Part shown: positions 18,437 through 27,330 of the stretch, piece by piece
How the letters are laid out: the number at the start of each line of letters is the position of its first letter
Numbering within the stretch: the first letter of the stretch is position 1
Assembly: GCA_965370045.1 (NCBI GenBank)
Contig: CBDUSI010000004.1
Span: forward strand, 4,787-68,786
Origin: an uncultured bacterium
Lineage (GTDB): Bacteria; Planctomycetota; SZUA-567; JAKLDR01
Reading direction: 5' to 3'
Length of the DNA: 64,000 nucleotides
Notes under the pieces: model-generated
The model's database searches: none
The model's input: the letters and a program-made list of their open reading frames with translations, nothing else
Told to the model about the DNA's origin: nothing
Program-made: the position numbers and the translations under genes

Positions 18437-19528
18437 ATGGCAGAGACAATTCTCGAAAACGTCAGCAAGGTCTTCCCGCCGGACGTCATCGCGGTGAAGG
18501 ACGTGTCCCTCACCGTGCGGGACAAGGAGTTCGTCGTCCTGGTGGGGCCCTCCGGCTGCGGCAAGAGCACCGTGCTGCGCATGGTCGCGGGGCTGGAGGA
18601 ACCCACCGGCGGGAAGATTTCCATCGGCGGCCGGGACGTCTCGCACGTCGCTCCCAAGGACCGCGACGTGGCCATGGTCTTCCAGAACTACGCGCTCTAC
18701 CCGCACATGGACGTCTACCGCAACCTCAGCTTTGCCCTGCGCATGCGCCGCACGCCCAAGGACGAGGTCGACGGGCGGGTCAGGCGGGCCGCCGAGTTGC
18801 TGGGGCTCACCGAACTGCTGCGCCGCAAGCCGGCGGAACTCTCCGGCGGCCAGCGCCAGCGCGTGGCCGTGGGCCGGGCCATCGTGCGCGACCCGGCGGT
18901 GTTCCTGTTCGACGAACCCCTGAGCAACCTGGACGCCAAGCTCCGCGCCGAAACGCGCATTGAGCTCAAGAAGCTCCACCAGCGCCTCCAGGCCACGGTC
19001 ATCTACGTGACCCACGACCAGGTCGAAGCCATGACCCTGGCCGAGACCGTGGTGATCATGAAGGACGGGATCATCCACCAGACCGGGGCGCCGCTGGAGG
19101 TCTACGAGAAGCCCGCCGACAGGTTCGTCGCCGGCTTCCTGGGCTCGCCGCCCATGAACTTCCTGTCCGGCGAGCTCCAGGCCGCTGACGGCGGGCTGGT
19201 ATTCACCGACGGTGAGCTGCGCCTGCCGATCTCAAACGAGCTGGCGGCGCGCCTTTCCGATGCGAAAGCTTCCCGCGTGGAGCTGGGCGTCCGGCCGGAG
19301 CGACTCAATCCCGCCGGGAAGGGCGCGGTCGCGATTCGCGCCAAGGTCGGAGTTGTCGAGGCCCTGGGCAGCGAGCAGTTGGTTTATCTGGTCACCGGGA
19401 AGCAGGAGATCGTCGCGCGCTACGACGCCCGGCAGGCCGTTTCCCTCGGGGAGGAGATCGAGCTCTCGGTGGAGCCGGAGTTCATTCACCTCTTTGACGC
19501 GGGAACCGGGAAGAGCCTGACCGCCTAG
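18437..19528 (+). CDS. Sugar ABC transporter ATP-binding protein (MalK/UgpC family)
   Basis: Walker A GPSGCGKST, signature LSGGQRQR, Walker B VFLFDEP, YVTHDQ, TOBE tail. Confidence 0.95.
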   Translation: MAETILENVSKVFPPDVIAVKDVSLTVRDKEFVVLVGPSGCGKSTVLRMVAGLEEPTGGKISIGGRDVSHVAPKDRDVAMVFQNYALYPHMDVYRNLSFALRMRRTPKDEVDGRVRRAAELLGLTELLRRKPAELSGGQRQRVAVGRAIVRDPAVFLFDEPLSNLDAKLRAETRIELKKLHQRLQATVIYVTHDQVEAMTLAETVVIMKDGIIHQTGAPLEVYEKPADRFVAGFLGSPPMNFLSGELQAADGGLVFTDGELRLPISNELAARLSDAKASRVELGVRPERLNPAGKGAVAIRAKVGVVEALGSEQLVYLVTGKQEIVARYDARQAVSLGEEIELSVEPEFIHLFDAGTGKSLTA

Positions 19529-19534
19529 CAGACC

Positions 19535-20392
19535 GTGGACATCGCCCGACTGGAGTCACTGGCAAATCCCTGCCGGCTGTGCCCGCGGGAGTGCCGGGTT
19601 GACCGCGGGGCGGGCGAGTTGGGTTTCTGTAAGTGCACGGCGACGCCTCTGATCGGCTCGGTCGGCCCGCACTTCGGCGAAGAGGACGTCCTGGTGGGGC
19701 GGGGTGGCTCGGGGACTATCTTCTTTGCGGGCTGCAACCTGGGCTGCCGCTTCTGCCAGAACTGGTCGCTCTCGCACATGCTCGACGGCAAGGCCTTCAC
19801 GATTGACGACATCGCCCACGCGATGACCGCGCTGGCCTCGCGCGGCTGCGAGAACATCAACTTCGTCACGCCCACGCATTTCGCGCCGGCGGTGGCCGCG
19901 GCGGTCAAGCTGGCCCGGGAGTGGGGAGTGGAAGTCCCCATCGTTTACAATTGCGGCGGCTACGAATCGGTCGAGGTGCTGGAGTGCCTTGAGGGATTGA
20001 TAGAGGTCTACATGCCGGACCTCAAGACGCTGGACGCCGACTTCGCCAAGCGCGCGCTGCTGGCTGAGGATTATCCGCAGAAGGTCCGCGCGGCGCTCAT
20101 CGAGATGCAGCGCCAGGTAGGCGATCTGGTCACTGATGAACGCGGCGTCGCTCGGCGCGGCCTGCTGGTCCGGCACCTGGTCATGCCCGGGCAGACGGAG
20201 GACTCAGCCTCGTGTCTGGACTTCCTGGCCCGAGAAGTCTCGCCTGGCGCTCTGGTGAACGTAATGGCCCAATACGGCCCGCGCGGCGAGGCCGATCGCG
20301 TGGCCGGCATCGACCGACGGCCCACGGCCGAGGAGGCCGCTTCCGCTCGGGCGCACGCAAGACGCCTGGGTCTGCGGCTGGCAAGAGACTGA
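19535..20392 (+). CDS. Radical SAM protein, PflX-like
   Basis: CRLCPRECRVDR, HFGEE, GSGTIFFAGCNLGCRFCQN, LLVRHLVMPG. Confidence 0.88.
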   Translation: MDIARLESLANPCRLCPRECRVDRGAGELGFCKCTATPLIGSVGPHFGEEDVLVGRGGSGTIFFAGCNLGCRFCQNWSLSHMLDGKAFTIDDIAHAMTALASRGCENINFVTPTHFAPAVAAAVKLAREWGVEVPIVYNCGGYESVEVLECLEGLIEVYMPDLKTLDADFAKRALLAEDYPQKVRAALIEMQRQVGDLVTDERGVARRGLLVRHLVMPGQTEDSASCLDFLAREVSPGALVNVMAQYGPRGEADRVAGIDRRPTAEEAASARAHARRLGLRLARD

Positions 20393-20555
20393 CTATTCAT
20401 CTAACACGTTGCTGTACAGAGTGATATGCAAGAGGGCGGCTGCTGCTAGGCGGTTGTACGGTTGTCCGGTCATTTTGCGGGGAACTAGATCGCCGTGGCG
20501 GTGTAGTGAATATGGAGTAGGTGCTTCCGGTCCAGACCTCAGGGAGGGACTCAAG

Positions 20556-23500
20556 ATGATCTCGAGATGCTGCGGCGTATTCCGGCTGGTAATCGCGGGC
20601 GCGGTCCTCAGTTGGACGGTTCAGGCCGGTGAGCTGTCGGTGAAGCTTACCGTCAGGGAGCCAGCCGGGGTGGCCCGCAAGAGCGCGCCGGCCTGCGGTG
20701 GCATTCCGCTCCCCCGGGGCAAGTTCAAGAAGGGCCAGGATTTCGCTGTCTTTGACGGCGGCCGGGAGATTCCCGCGCAGGTGCTGCCCCTGGTGGTCGA
20801 TGAGAAGGGCTTCCTGCGCTGGGTGCTGGTCGATTTCCAGACCGACCTGGCCGCGGGCGCCAGGAAGGAGTTCGCCCTGAAGGCCGTCAAGGGCACGGCC
20901 AAGCCGGCCAGCCCCTTGAAGCTGGTGGATGACGCGGCCGGCGTGACCGTCGATACAGGACGGGTGAAGTTCACCATCGCCAGGGGGGAGCCCTTCGTCC
21001 TCTTCAACTCGGTGAAGGTCGGCGGCAAGCTGGTGGCCTCCGGCAGCCGGGTCAGCTACACCGACTGCACCATGGACAACGCCGGTGGCAAGCGCTACCT
21101 GGCGGGTAAGCCGTCCAGCATCGTGGTGGAGTACTCCGGGCCGATGCGCGTTACGGTTTGCGTGCGCGGCGGCTTCCAGGGCGACGAGCAGACCAAGATG
21201 GGCTACGTCGCGCGCTTCACCGCCTGGGCGGGGCGCAGCGACGTGCACGTCAAGTACTCGCTGTCGAACAGCAACGGGAAGCACTACTGCTATCGGCAGA
21301 TCAAGGACTCTTCCATCGAGTTGAAGCTGGCCGGGGAGGTCACGAGTACGACCCTGGGGCTCAAGGAGGCCAAAGAGGTCCCGGGCCCAGCCTGGATGCA
21401 CCAGGGGTTGCGAATGTTCGACACGTACCAGCCGATCTTCGGCCACTCCAGGGCGGGGCGATAAGCTCATCTGGACCGGCGACGGCCCGCAGAACCGGCC
21501 CCAGGGCTGGATAGCGGCCAAGGCCGGCGGCGGAACGGTGGCGGCCTGCGACATGGTATTCGCGGACGACCCGGCGCGGCGGTTGGAGACCAAGAAGGAT
21601 GCGCTGATCCTCACCGGCGTTACGGAGCGCTTCGAGGGCCACAAGGACAAGAAGTTCAAGAAGGACTTGTTCGTGGGCCGCCCCTACGGGGACAAGTGGC
21701 GCTGGATATTCGACTGCTCGCACCTCAGCTCGCAGTACGTCCTCGACTTCGCGGCCCCGAGCGGGGCGAAGGCGCTCGGCGAGTTCGGGCGCCGGGGGCG
21801 CGGTCGGCTTCACGTCATGGCCCCGCCGGCCTGGTATTCCGAGACAGAGAGCCTGGCGGTCGGGAAGTTCGGCGCCCAGAGCGACGAGCTGAAGTGCTAC
21901 GAGACCTGGGGCTGGAAGCACGATCCCGGGACAGCCCCCAAGGAGCCCAACCGGAATATACCCGTAAGGCGCTACGTCCCGGGCGCAAACAACCACTACG
22001 ACACCGAGCAGGACACGCTCGAAGGGCTGGTGCTCATGTACCTGCGGACCGGGAGCCGAAACTTCTTCACCGTTTCCCGGGCCTGGGCCAATTACGAGAT
22101 GGACCTCCAGAAGTGGCGCACCGACGGCTGGCGCTGGAAGGACGGCGGGGTCTGGTGGCACAGCGGGCCGTTGGGCAACACCCCCCAGCGCGAGAAGGAT
22201 CCGGTCACCGGCCGGCGGAACACCCTCGTCGCCAAGTGGGCCAAGGAGTTTAAGGAACCCTTCGACAAGGGTTCGGTGACCGATCTCTGGACCCAGGCCC
22301 AGTCCAAGCAGTGCTACTGCCACAACTACGGCGCGGGGCTGGCCGCCTGGTTCTGCATCACCGGCGAGCGCGACGCCTTCGAGGCCTGCATTGACTCGGT
22401 CGAACAGAACTACGACACCCAGAAGCGGGCCAGGTACCGGTCGAAGGTTCCCGGCAAGAGCAACAGCTACTCGCGCGACTTCACGCGCTCCTGCTACCTG
22501 GTCAACGGCATCCGCATGATCGCGCCGGCCGACCCCTACGTGGTCGAGGCCAGCGACTTCCTGGCGAGCGTCTTCCTCAAGCGCCCGCGGCCGGATGCGC
22601 GCGGGCTGGTCAACGGGAACAACAAGATAACCATGAAGGGCTTCGGAGCCTTCAGTGGGCTGGACAAGTTCGTGGGGCCAAAGGGTCTCGCCGAGATGAA
22701 GCGTCTGGGCGTGACCATGGACCCGGACGATGGCCACCTCACCGACCCCAAGACCGGCAAGACCTGGTACCCGATCGTCGACCCCAACCTGTGGATGTTC
22801 GTCTACCAGTCGGGGGCCATGGACACCTACTACGGCATCACCGGCAACGAGGATGCTCACGACTGGGTGGTCGCCTATGGGCAGGCCGCTGCCCGCCTGC
22901 TCTTCCAGGAGCGCCACGGTCAGCTCGGCTATCGCCGGATGATAGCTGACTTCCCGCTCCGGGGCGTGGTCAAGGACTACTTCACGTGGAACCTGCCCGA
23001 GGGCGCCAAGAACGGCGAGGGCATGAAGATCTCCGGGCGGCTGGCGCGCTTCCACCCGGACATCTGCGCGCGAGCCTACTCGCTCACGGGCGAGACGTTC
23101 CTCAAGAAGCGGGCCTACGACTACTGGTACTACGGCTCACATCGCAGCTACCAGGCCAAGCGGATGCACAAGCTCGGCGGCGTGGGCAGATGGGTGAACG
23201 TCTACAACGTCAACGACGAGTCGGTGTGCCTCTCCGGCCGGACCTTCTACGAGTGGAGCCACCCGCGTAAGGACGCGCTGCCTCCCGCGGCGGTCAAGAA
23301 CCTCAAGGTGTCGGTGGCCGGCGGGGAGGCCACGGTGTCCTTCACCGCGCCGGCCGACGCCGGCGGCGGCAGGGTGACGCGCTACCAGGTAAAGTGCTCG
23401 GACCGCAAGATCCTGGAGTACCAACCCTTCCTGAAGATATACAACGACCACAAGGAAGCCGGCTTCTGCAACTGGTTCCTGGCCGCGAACCTGAAGGGCG

Positions 23501-23637
23501 AACCCAAGCCCAAGGCACCGGGGGCCAAGGAAAGCTTCACGGTTACGGGCGTGCCCACGGGCGCCAAGTTCTTCGCGGTGCGGGCCTTCGACGACAGCTC
23601 CAACCGCAGCGGAATCAGCAACGTGTCCGGCAGGTAG
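20556..23637 (+). pseudogene. Large secreted protein (RIFT-barrel/exo-rhamnogalacturonan-lyase-like N-terminus, FN3-like C-terminus), split by an apparent +1 frameshift near 21455-21458
   Basis: ORF 20556-21464 has a signal peptide and LTVREPAGVARKSAPACGGIPLPRG. It continues in another frame as GDKLIWTGDG... into ORF 21538-23637. Removing one G from GGGG at 21455-21458 joins them. May be a sequencing error. Confidence 0.7.
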
Positions 23638-23676
23638 GCGGAGGCTACGTCACGTGGGTCGGGAAGAAACTCGCGG

Positions 23677-24273
23677 TCAGCGCGGAGCCGTCCCGCCGGT
23701 AGCGGGTTCCTCCCCGCAAATCGTCTTGTAGATGCTCTCGCGCGAGAGGGCCGGATTCCTGCCCAGCCAGGATTTCACCAGCACCGCGCCGGCCATGCCC
23801 GCCCGGCAAGTCTTGAGATGCTTGGAGTGGCCGCTGACCCCTTCGAACGCGGAGACGATCCCCCGCGCCTCGCCCAGCCGGGCAAAGGCCCTGGGCGTGA
23901 GGTCTTCGCCCTGCTTGGCGGGCTCCTCTTCGGCCTGGTCGGCAGCCTGCTTGCGCCGGCGGGTTGGGGCGGCCTTGGTGGACGCGTCAACGGCGTCCAT
24001 CTGGGGGCCGGCCACTTCGAACACATTGCGGACCAGGTTCTTGACCGCGGACCGCCGGGCGCGATCCGACATGTCTTCCTCCAGCCGCGCGGCCCGGTGG
24101 AGGATGTCCGACTTCCTGCGTCGCGACAGGTTGCCCAGGACGGCGGAGCGCAGTTCGCTCCCCGCGCCGACCAGCGCCTGGGCTATCAGGTCGTCAGGCG
24201 TCTTGAGCAGCGCGCGCTGCAGATCCGGCCCGGCAATGCGGACCAGATCGCCCTCGTCGTAGGCCTTGGGCAT
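23677..24273 (-). CDS. Protein with an N-terminal FliG C-terminal-like domain
   Basis: DLQRALLKTPDDLIAQALVGAGSELRSAVLGNLSRR resembles the FliG-C pattern (IQRVLR..D..LALALKGAS.ELR.KI..NMS.R). Confidence 0.55.
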   Translation of the reverse strand: MPKAYDEGDLVRIAGPDLQRALLKTPDDLIAQALVGAGSELRSAVLGNLSRRRKSDILHRAARLEEDMSDRARRSAVKNLVRNVFEVAGPQMDAVDASTKAAPTRRRKQAADQAEEEPAKQGEDLTPRAFARLGEARGIVSAFEGVSGHSKHLKTCRAGMAGAVLVKSWLGRNPALSRESIYKTICGEEPATGGTAPR

Positions 24274-24339
24274 GGAGACTATATAGCGCGAAAACCGGCA
24301 CGAATCAAGTGTGCGCGTTGAATGTCCTGCAGTAGGCGG

Positions 24340-25839
24340 CTACTCGCCCATCAACTCCTTGGCCAGCGCGCGGAGGTTGCCCGCGGCTTCCTTGCCGTAG
24401 CGCGCCGCGCCCCGAGCTACTTCCCAGCGGATGTGGCCCAGGGCCATCAGGCGGTTGGCCTTGATGGTCTTGATCCATTGCGCGTGGTCCTTGTGTTTGG
24501 GATACGCCGCGCAGGAGCGGACCGCCGCGTGGACGGCCGCGGCGCGTTCCAGGGGAACGTTGCCGTTGAGCACCAGCCCGCAGCGCGAGATGACCGGACT
24601 GTGGTACATGTCCGTGTAGATGTTCAGGGGCATGACCTCGTTGAGATACGCGGGACTCTCCCGGTAGACGATGGTCCAGCCCTGCGACTCGAAGAACTCC
24701 TTGCGCCATATCTTCTCCAGCGCGGCGGCCTCCTTGGGATAGAGCAGGTGAGATTGCGCGGCCTCGGCCGGGTCGGCGGGATCGCGTATCGTGGCCATCG
24801 ACCGGTCGCCCGGCAGGCGCCGTCCGGTGCTGAGCGCTTCGACCAGCCTCCCGGAGGTCCGGGCCTTGAACTCGGCAGCGCCCATGGACTTCTTCAGCGG
24901 ATTCTTCGCGAAATCCGAGATGGGCAGGGCCATGAGCGGCGCGGTGCCCCGCGCGACAGCTTTTCCGCCCTCTGCCTTGGAACCACGCGCCGGCGGCAGT
25001 TTCGCGATGTAGGTCGTCCAGAGCATGTCGCCCTTGCGGTAGATCACGAAGACGTCGTGGATGGGATGCTTTCCGGTGTTGACCAAGAGGTAGTCCTTGC
25101 TGGCACGAAAGGCCGCTCTGACCCAGGTGCCCGGCGGCAGGATAGTAACCGCGGGCACCTCGCGGGTGCGGCCCTCGTAGAAGACGTAGCGCTCGCATTC
25201 CTTCCCGTTGGACACGTACCAGGCGTCGACCTCGCGGGCGAGGCGCGCCCAGTGGTCGGCGGGCAGCTTGGCCCCCGGGAGGGTGGCACTCTTGGGGAGC
25301 TTCTTGGTGAGCGTCAGCCGGCTCCAGACCAGCTCGAAACGCTTGTCGTCGGGGACGGAAGTCAGCTTGTTTCCCCAGCGCCGCCGGCCGTGCTTCTTCT
25401 TCCAGGCCGCCCAGTCCACCGGCTTGGCCTTGGCGACCTGGGCCGGCGTGCGATAGGTGTTCACCTGCGGCCACCACGACCAGGCCCGGCCCCGGGCGAA
25501 GCGCACCTCCACGCCTACCGGCACCTTACCGGCCCGCTCCCACTGCGGGTAGAAATAGAGGATGGGCTTCTTCCGTAAGCCTGAATCCGGCGGCATATCC
25601 TTGGTGCGCTGGCCCTTCACCGGGACCGGCTTGCCGGGCTTCTTGTCGGTGTACATGTACGCCGGGAAGTCGGGCGCGGGCGGCTTGGCCGCCGACCAGT
25701 CGAACTGGTTGACGCCCCACTCATGAACGTGAAGCGGCTGGGCGAACCAGAGCCCTCCACTGGCGGCCATCCCTGCACCCAGGACCAGTGCCAGCATCAG
25801 CCCGCCAGCGGCCAGCATCTTCCTCGCGCGGAAATTCAT
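24340..25839 (-). CDS. Secreted hypothetical protein
   Basis: Signal peptide, SD GGAGG, conserved-looking motifs VHEWG, KKPILYFYP, VEVRFARG..WSWWPQ. Host-like codon usage. Confidence 0.75.
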   Translation of the reverse strand: MNFRARKMLAAGGLMLALVLGAGMAASGGLWFAQPLHVHEWGVNQFDWSAAKPPAPDFPAYMYTDKKPGKPVPVKGQRTKDMPPDSGLRKKPILYFYPQWERAGKVPVGVEVRFARGRAWSWWPQVNTYRTPAQVAKAKPVDWAAWKKKHGRRRWGNKLTSVPDDKRFELVWSRLTLTKKLPKSATLPGAKLPADHWARLAREVDAWYVSNGKECERYVFYEGRTREVPAVTILPPGTWVRAAFRASKDYLLVNTGKHPIHDVFVIYRKGDMLWTTYIAKLPPARGSKAEGGKAVARGTAPLMALPISDFAKNPLKKSMGAAEFKARTSGRLVEALSTGRRLPGDRSMATIRDPADPAEAAQSHLLYPKEAAALEKIWRKEFFESQGWTIVYRESPAYLNEVMPLNIYTDMYHSPVISRCGLVLNGNVPLERAAAVHAAVRSCAAYPKHKDHAQWIKTIKANRLMALGHIRWEVARGAARYGKEAAGNLRALAKELMGE

Positions 25840-25968
25840 GACATACCTCCCTCACCCCGCAATGCGGCATTTGCCCACTATACACGTAGACGCGCGAGCC
25901 GCGCAACGGTTTCGGCAAATCGCCGAAATCCCGGGGAACGGGCCTACGACTGCGCCCGCCGGGCCGTC

Positions 25969-25997
25969 TTGACTTGGGGCCGTTTTGCGGGTATTCT
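25969..25997 (+). promoter_or_regulatory. Putative sigma70 promoter of the GT4 pair
   Basis: TTGACT-17 nt-TATTCT. Confidence 0.5.
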
Positions 25998-26038
25998 GGC
26001 CCCTGCAGCCGGAGAAAGGGAAGGACGGGGAGCCCATC

Positions 26039-27256
26039 ATGCGTCCCATCGTGATGATTTCTAGCTGGCCGCCGCGCATGTGCGGCATCGCCACCTTCGC
26101 CGAGGAGGCCCTGGAGTTCATCCGCAAGGCCGATCCCCAGCGCCCCGCCTTCGTGATCAGCCACACCGACGGCGAGGGCGAGAACGTCTTTCCGCTCATC
26201 GACATGGACCGCGAGGACTGGTACGCCCCGGTGGTCGAGAAGATCAAGGAACTCGACCCCGAAGTGGTGCACATCGAGCACGAGTACGGCCTCTACAACT
26301 ACGTGGACAAGCAGGGCGAGGGCGACGGCAACCGCGGCTTCCTGAAAATGCTGGAGCTCCTGGCCGACTTCCCCACGGTGGTCGAGCCGCACACGATTCA
26401 CGGGCGCATGAAGGAGAGCGAGGAGGAGTTCGTGCGCGACCTCGCCGCGCGCTGCTCGGTGCTGCTCTTCAAGTGCCACTACCAGAAGTGGCGCCTGCAG
26501 TGGAACTTCGACAGCCGCGGCTGGCCCATGCCCGAGAACGTCATGATCGTGCCCCACGGTGCGCGGCCCGACCGGCGCTGGGGCATCGACCAGGCCGACG
26601 ACCTGAAGCGCGAGCTGGGCCTGGGGGATTTCGTCGGCGAGCGCATCATCGGGCTGGTGGGGTGGATCCAGTCCAACAAGCGCTGGGACCTGCTCACCAG
26701 CATGTGGGAGGAAATCTACTACGAGATCCGCGAGAAGACCGGCGAGAAGTGGCACCTGTTCGCCGCCGGCTCCATGCGCGACCCCAACCACAAGCAGGAC
26801 TACGAGAAGTACGTCGACGAGCTCAAGCTCCTGGAGCGCGAAGGCATGGCCCGCTACTTCGAGTTCGTGCCCCGCGGAGACATCTACTACAAGGTGATGG
26901 CCATCTGCGACTTCATCGTGCTGCCCTCGCTGGACGAGACCCAGTCGGGCACCCTGGCCCGGATCATCGCTCTGAACAAGCCCTACGTGACCACCGCGCC
27001 GATGGAGGGGCTCACCGCCCAGACTGTGGAGAGCGAGGGAGGGCTGCTGTTCACCACCAAGGAGGGGCTGCGCCGCCAGGTCGTGCGCCTGGCCACCGAC
27101 GAGGGCCTGCGCATGCGCATCGGCAATAACCTGACAAACTACCTCGACCAGGTAGTCAGTTGGGAGGTGGTCGCCCGCCAGTACGCGGAGGCCCACCGCA
27201 TGGCCAGCGACAAGATCCGCAAGGGCAAGCAGATTTACATCCGCCCGGAGTTCTAG
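26039..27256 (+). CDS. Glycosyltransferase family 4-like protein
   Basis: SSWPPRMCGIATF, HIEHEYG, IVPHG, LPSLDETQSGTLARIIALNKPYVTT. Paralogous to the next gene. Confidence 0.8.
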   Translation: MRPIVMISSWPPRMCGIATFAEEALEFIRKADPQRPAFVISHTDGEGENVFPLIDMDREDWYAPVVEKIKELDPEVVHIEHEYGLYNYVDKQGEGDGNRGFLKMLELLADFPTVVEPHTIHGRMKESEEEFVRDLAARCSVLLFKCHYQKWRLQWNFDSRGWPMPENVMIVPHGARPDRRWGIDQADDLKRELGLGDFVGERIIGLVGWIQSNKRWDLLTSMWEEIYYEIREKTGEKWHLFAAGSMRDPNHKQDYEKYVDELKLLEREGMARYFEFVPRGDIYYKVMAICDFIVLPSLDETQSGTLARIIALNKPYVTTAPMEGLTAQTVESEGGLLFTTKEGLRRQVVRLATDEGLRMRIGNNLTNYLDQVVSWEVVARQYAEAHRMASDKIRKGKQIYIRPEF

Positions 27257-27330
27257 CGCTTCGCGACGGGGGAGGGGACAGAGCGGGAGACGATTGGTCG
27301 GCGGATTGCTATAAGGGGGTGTCGGGATAA

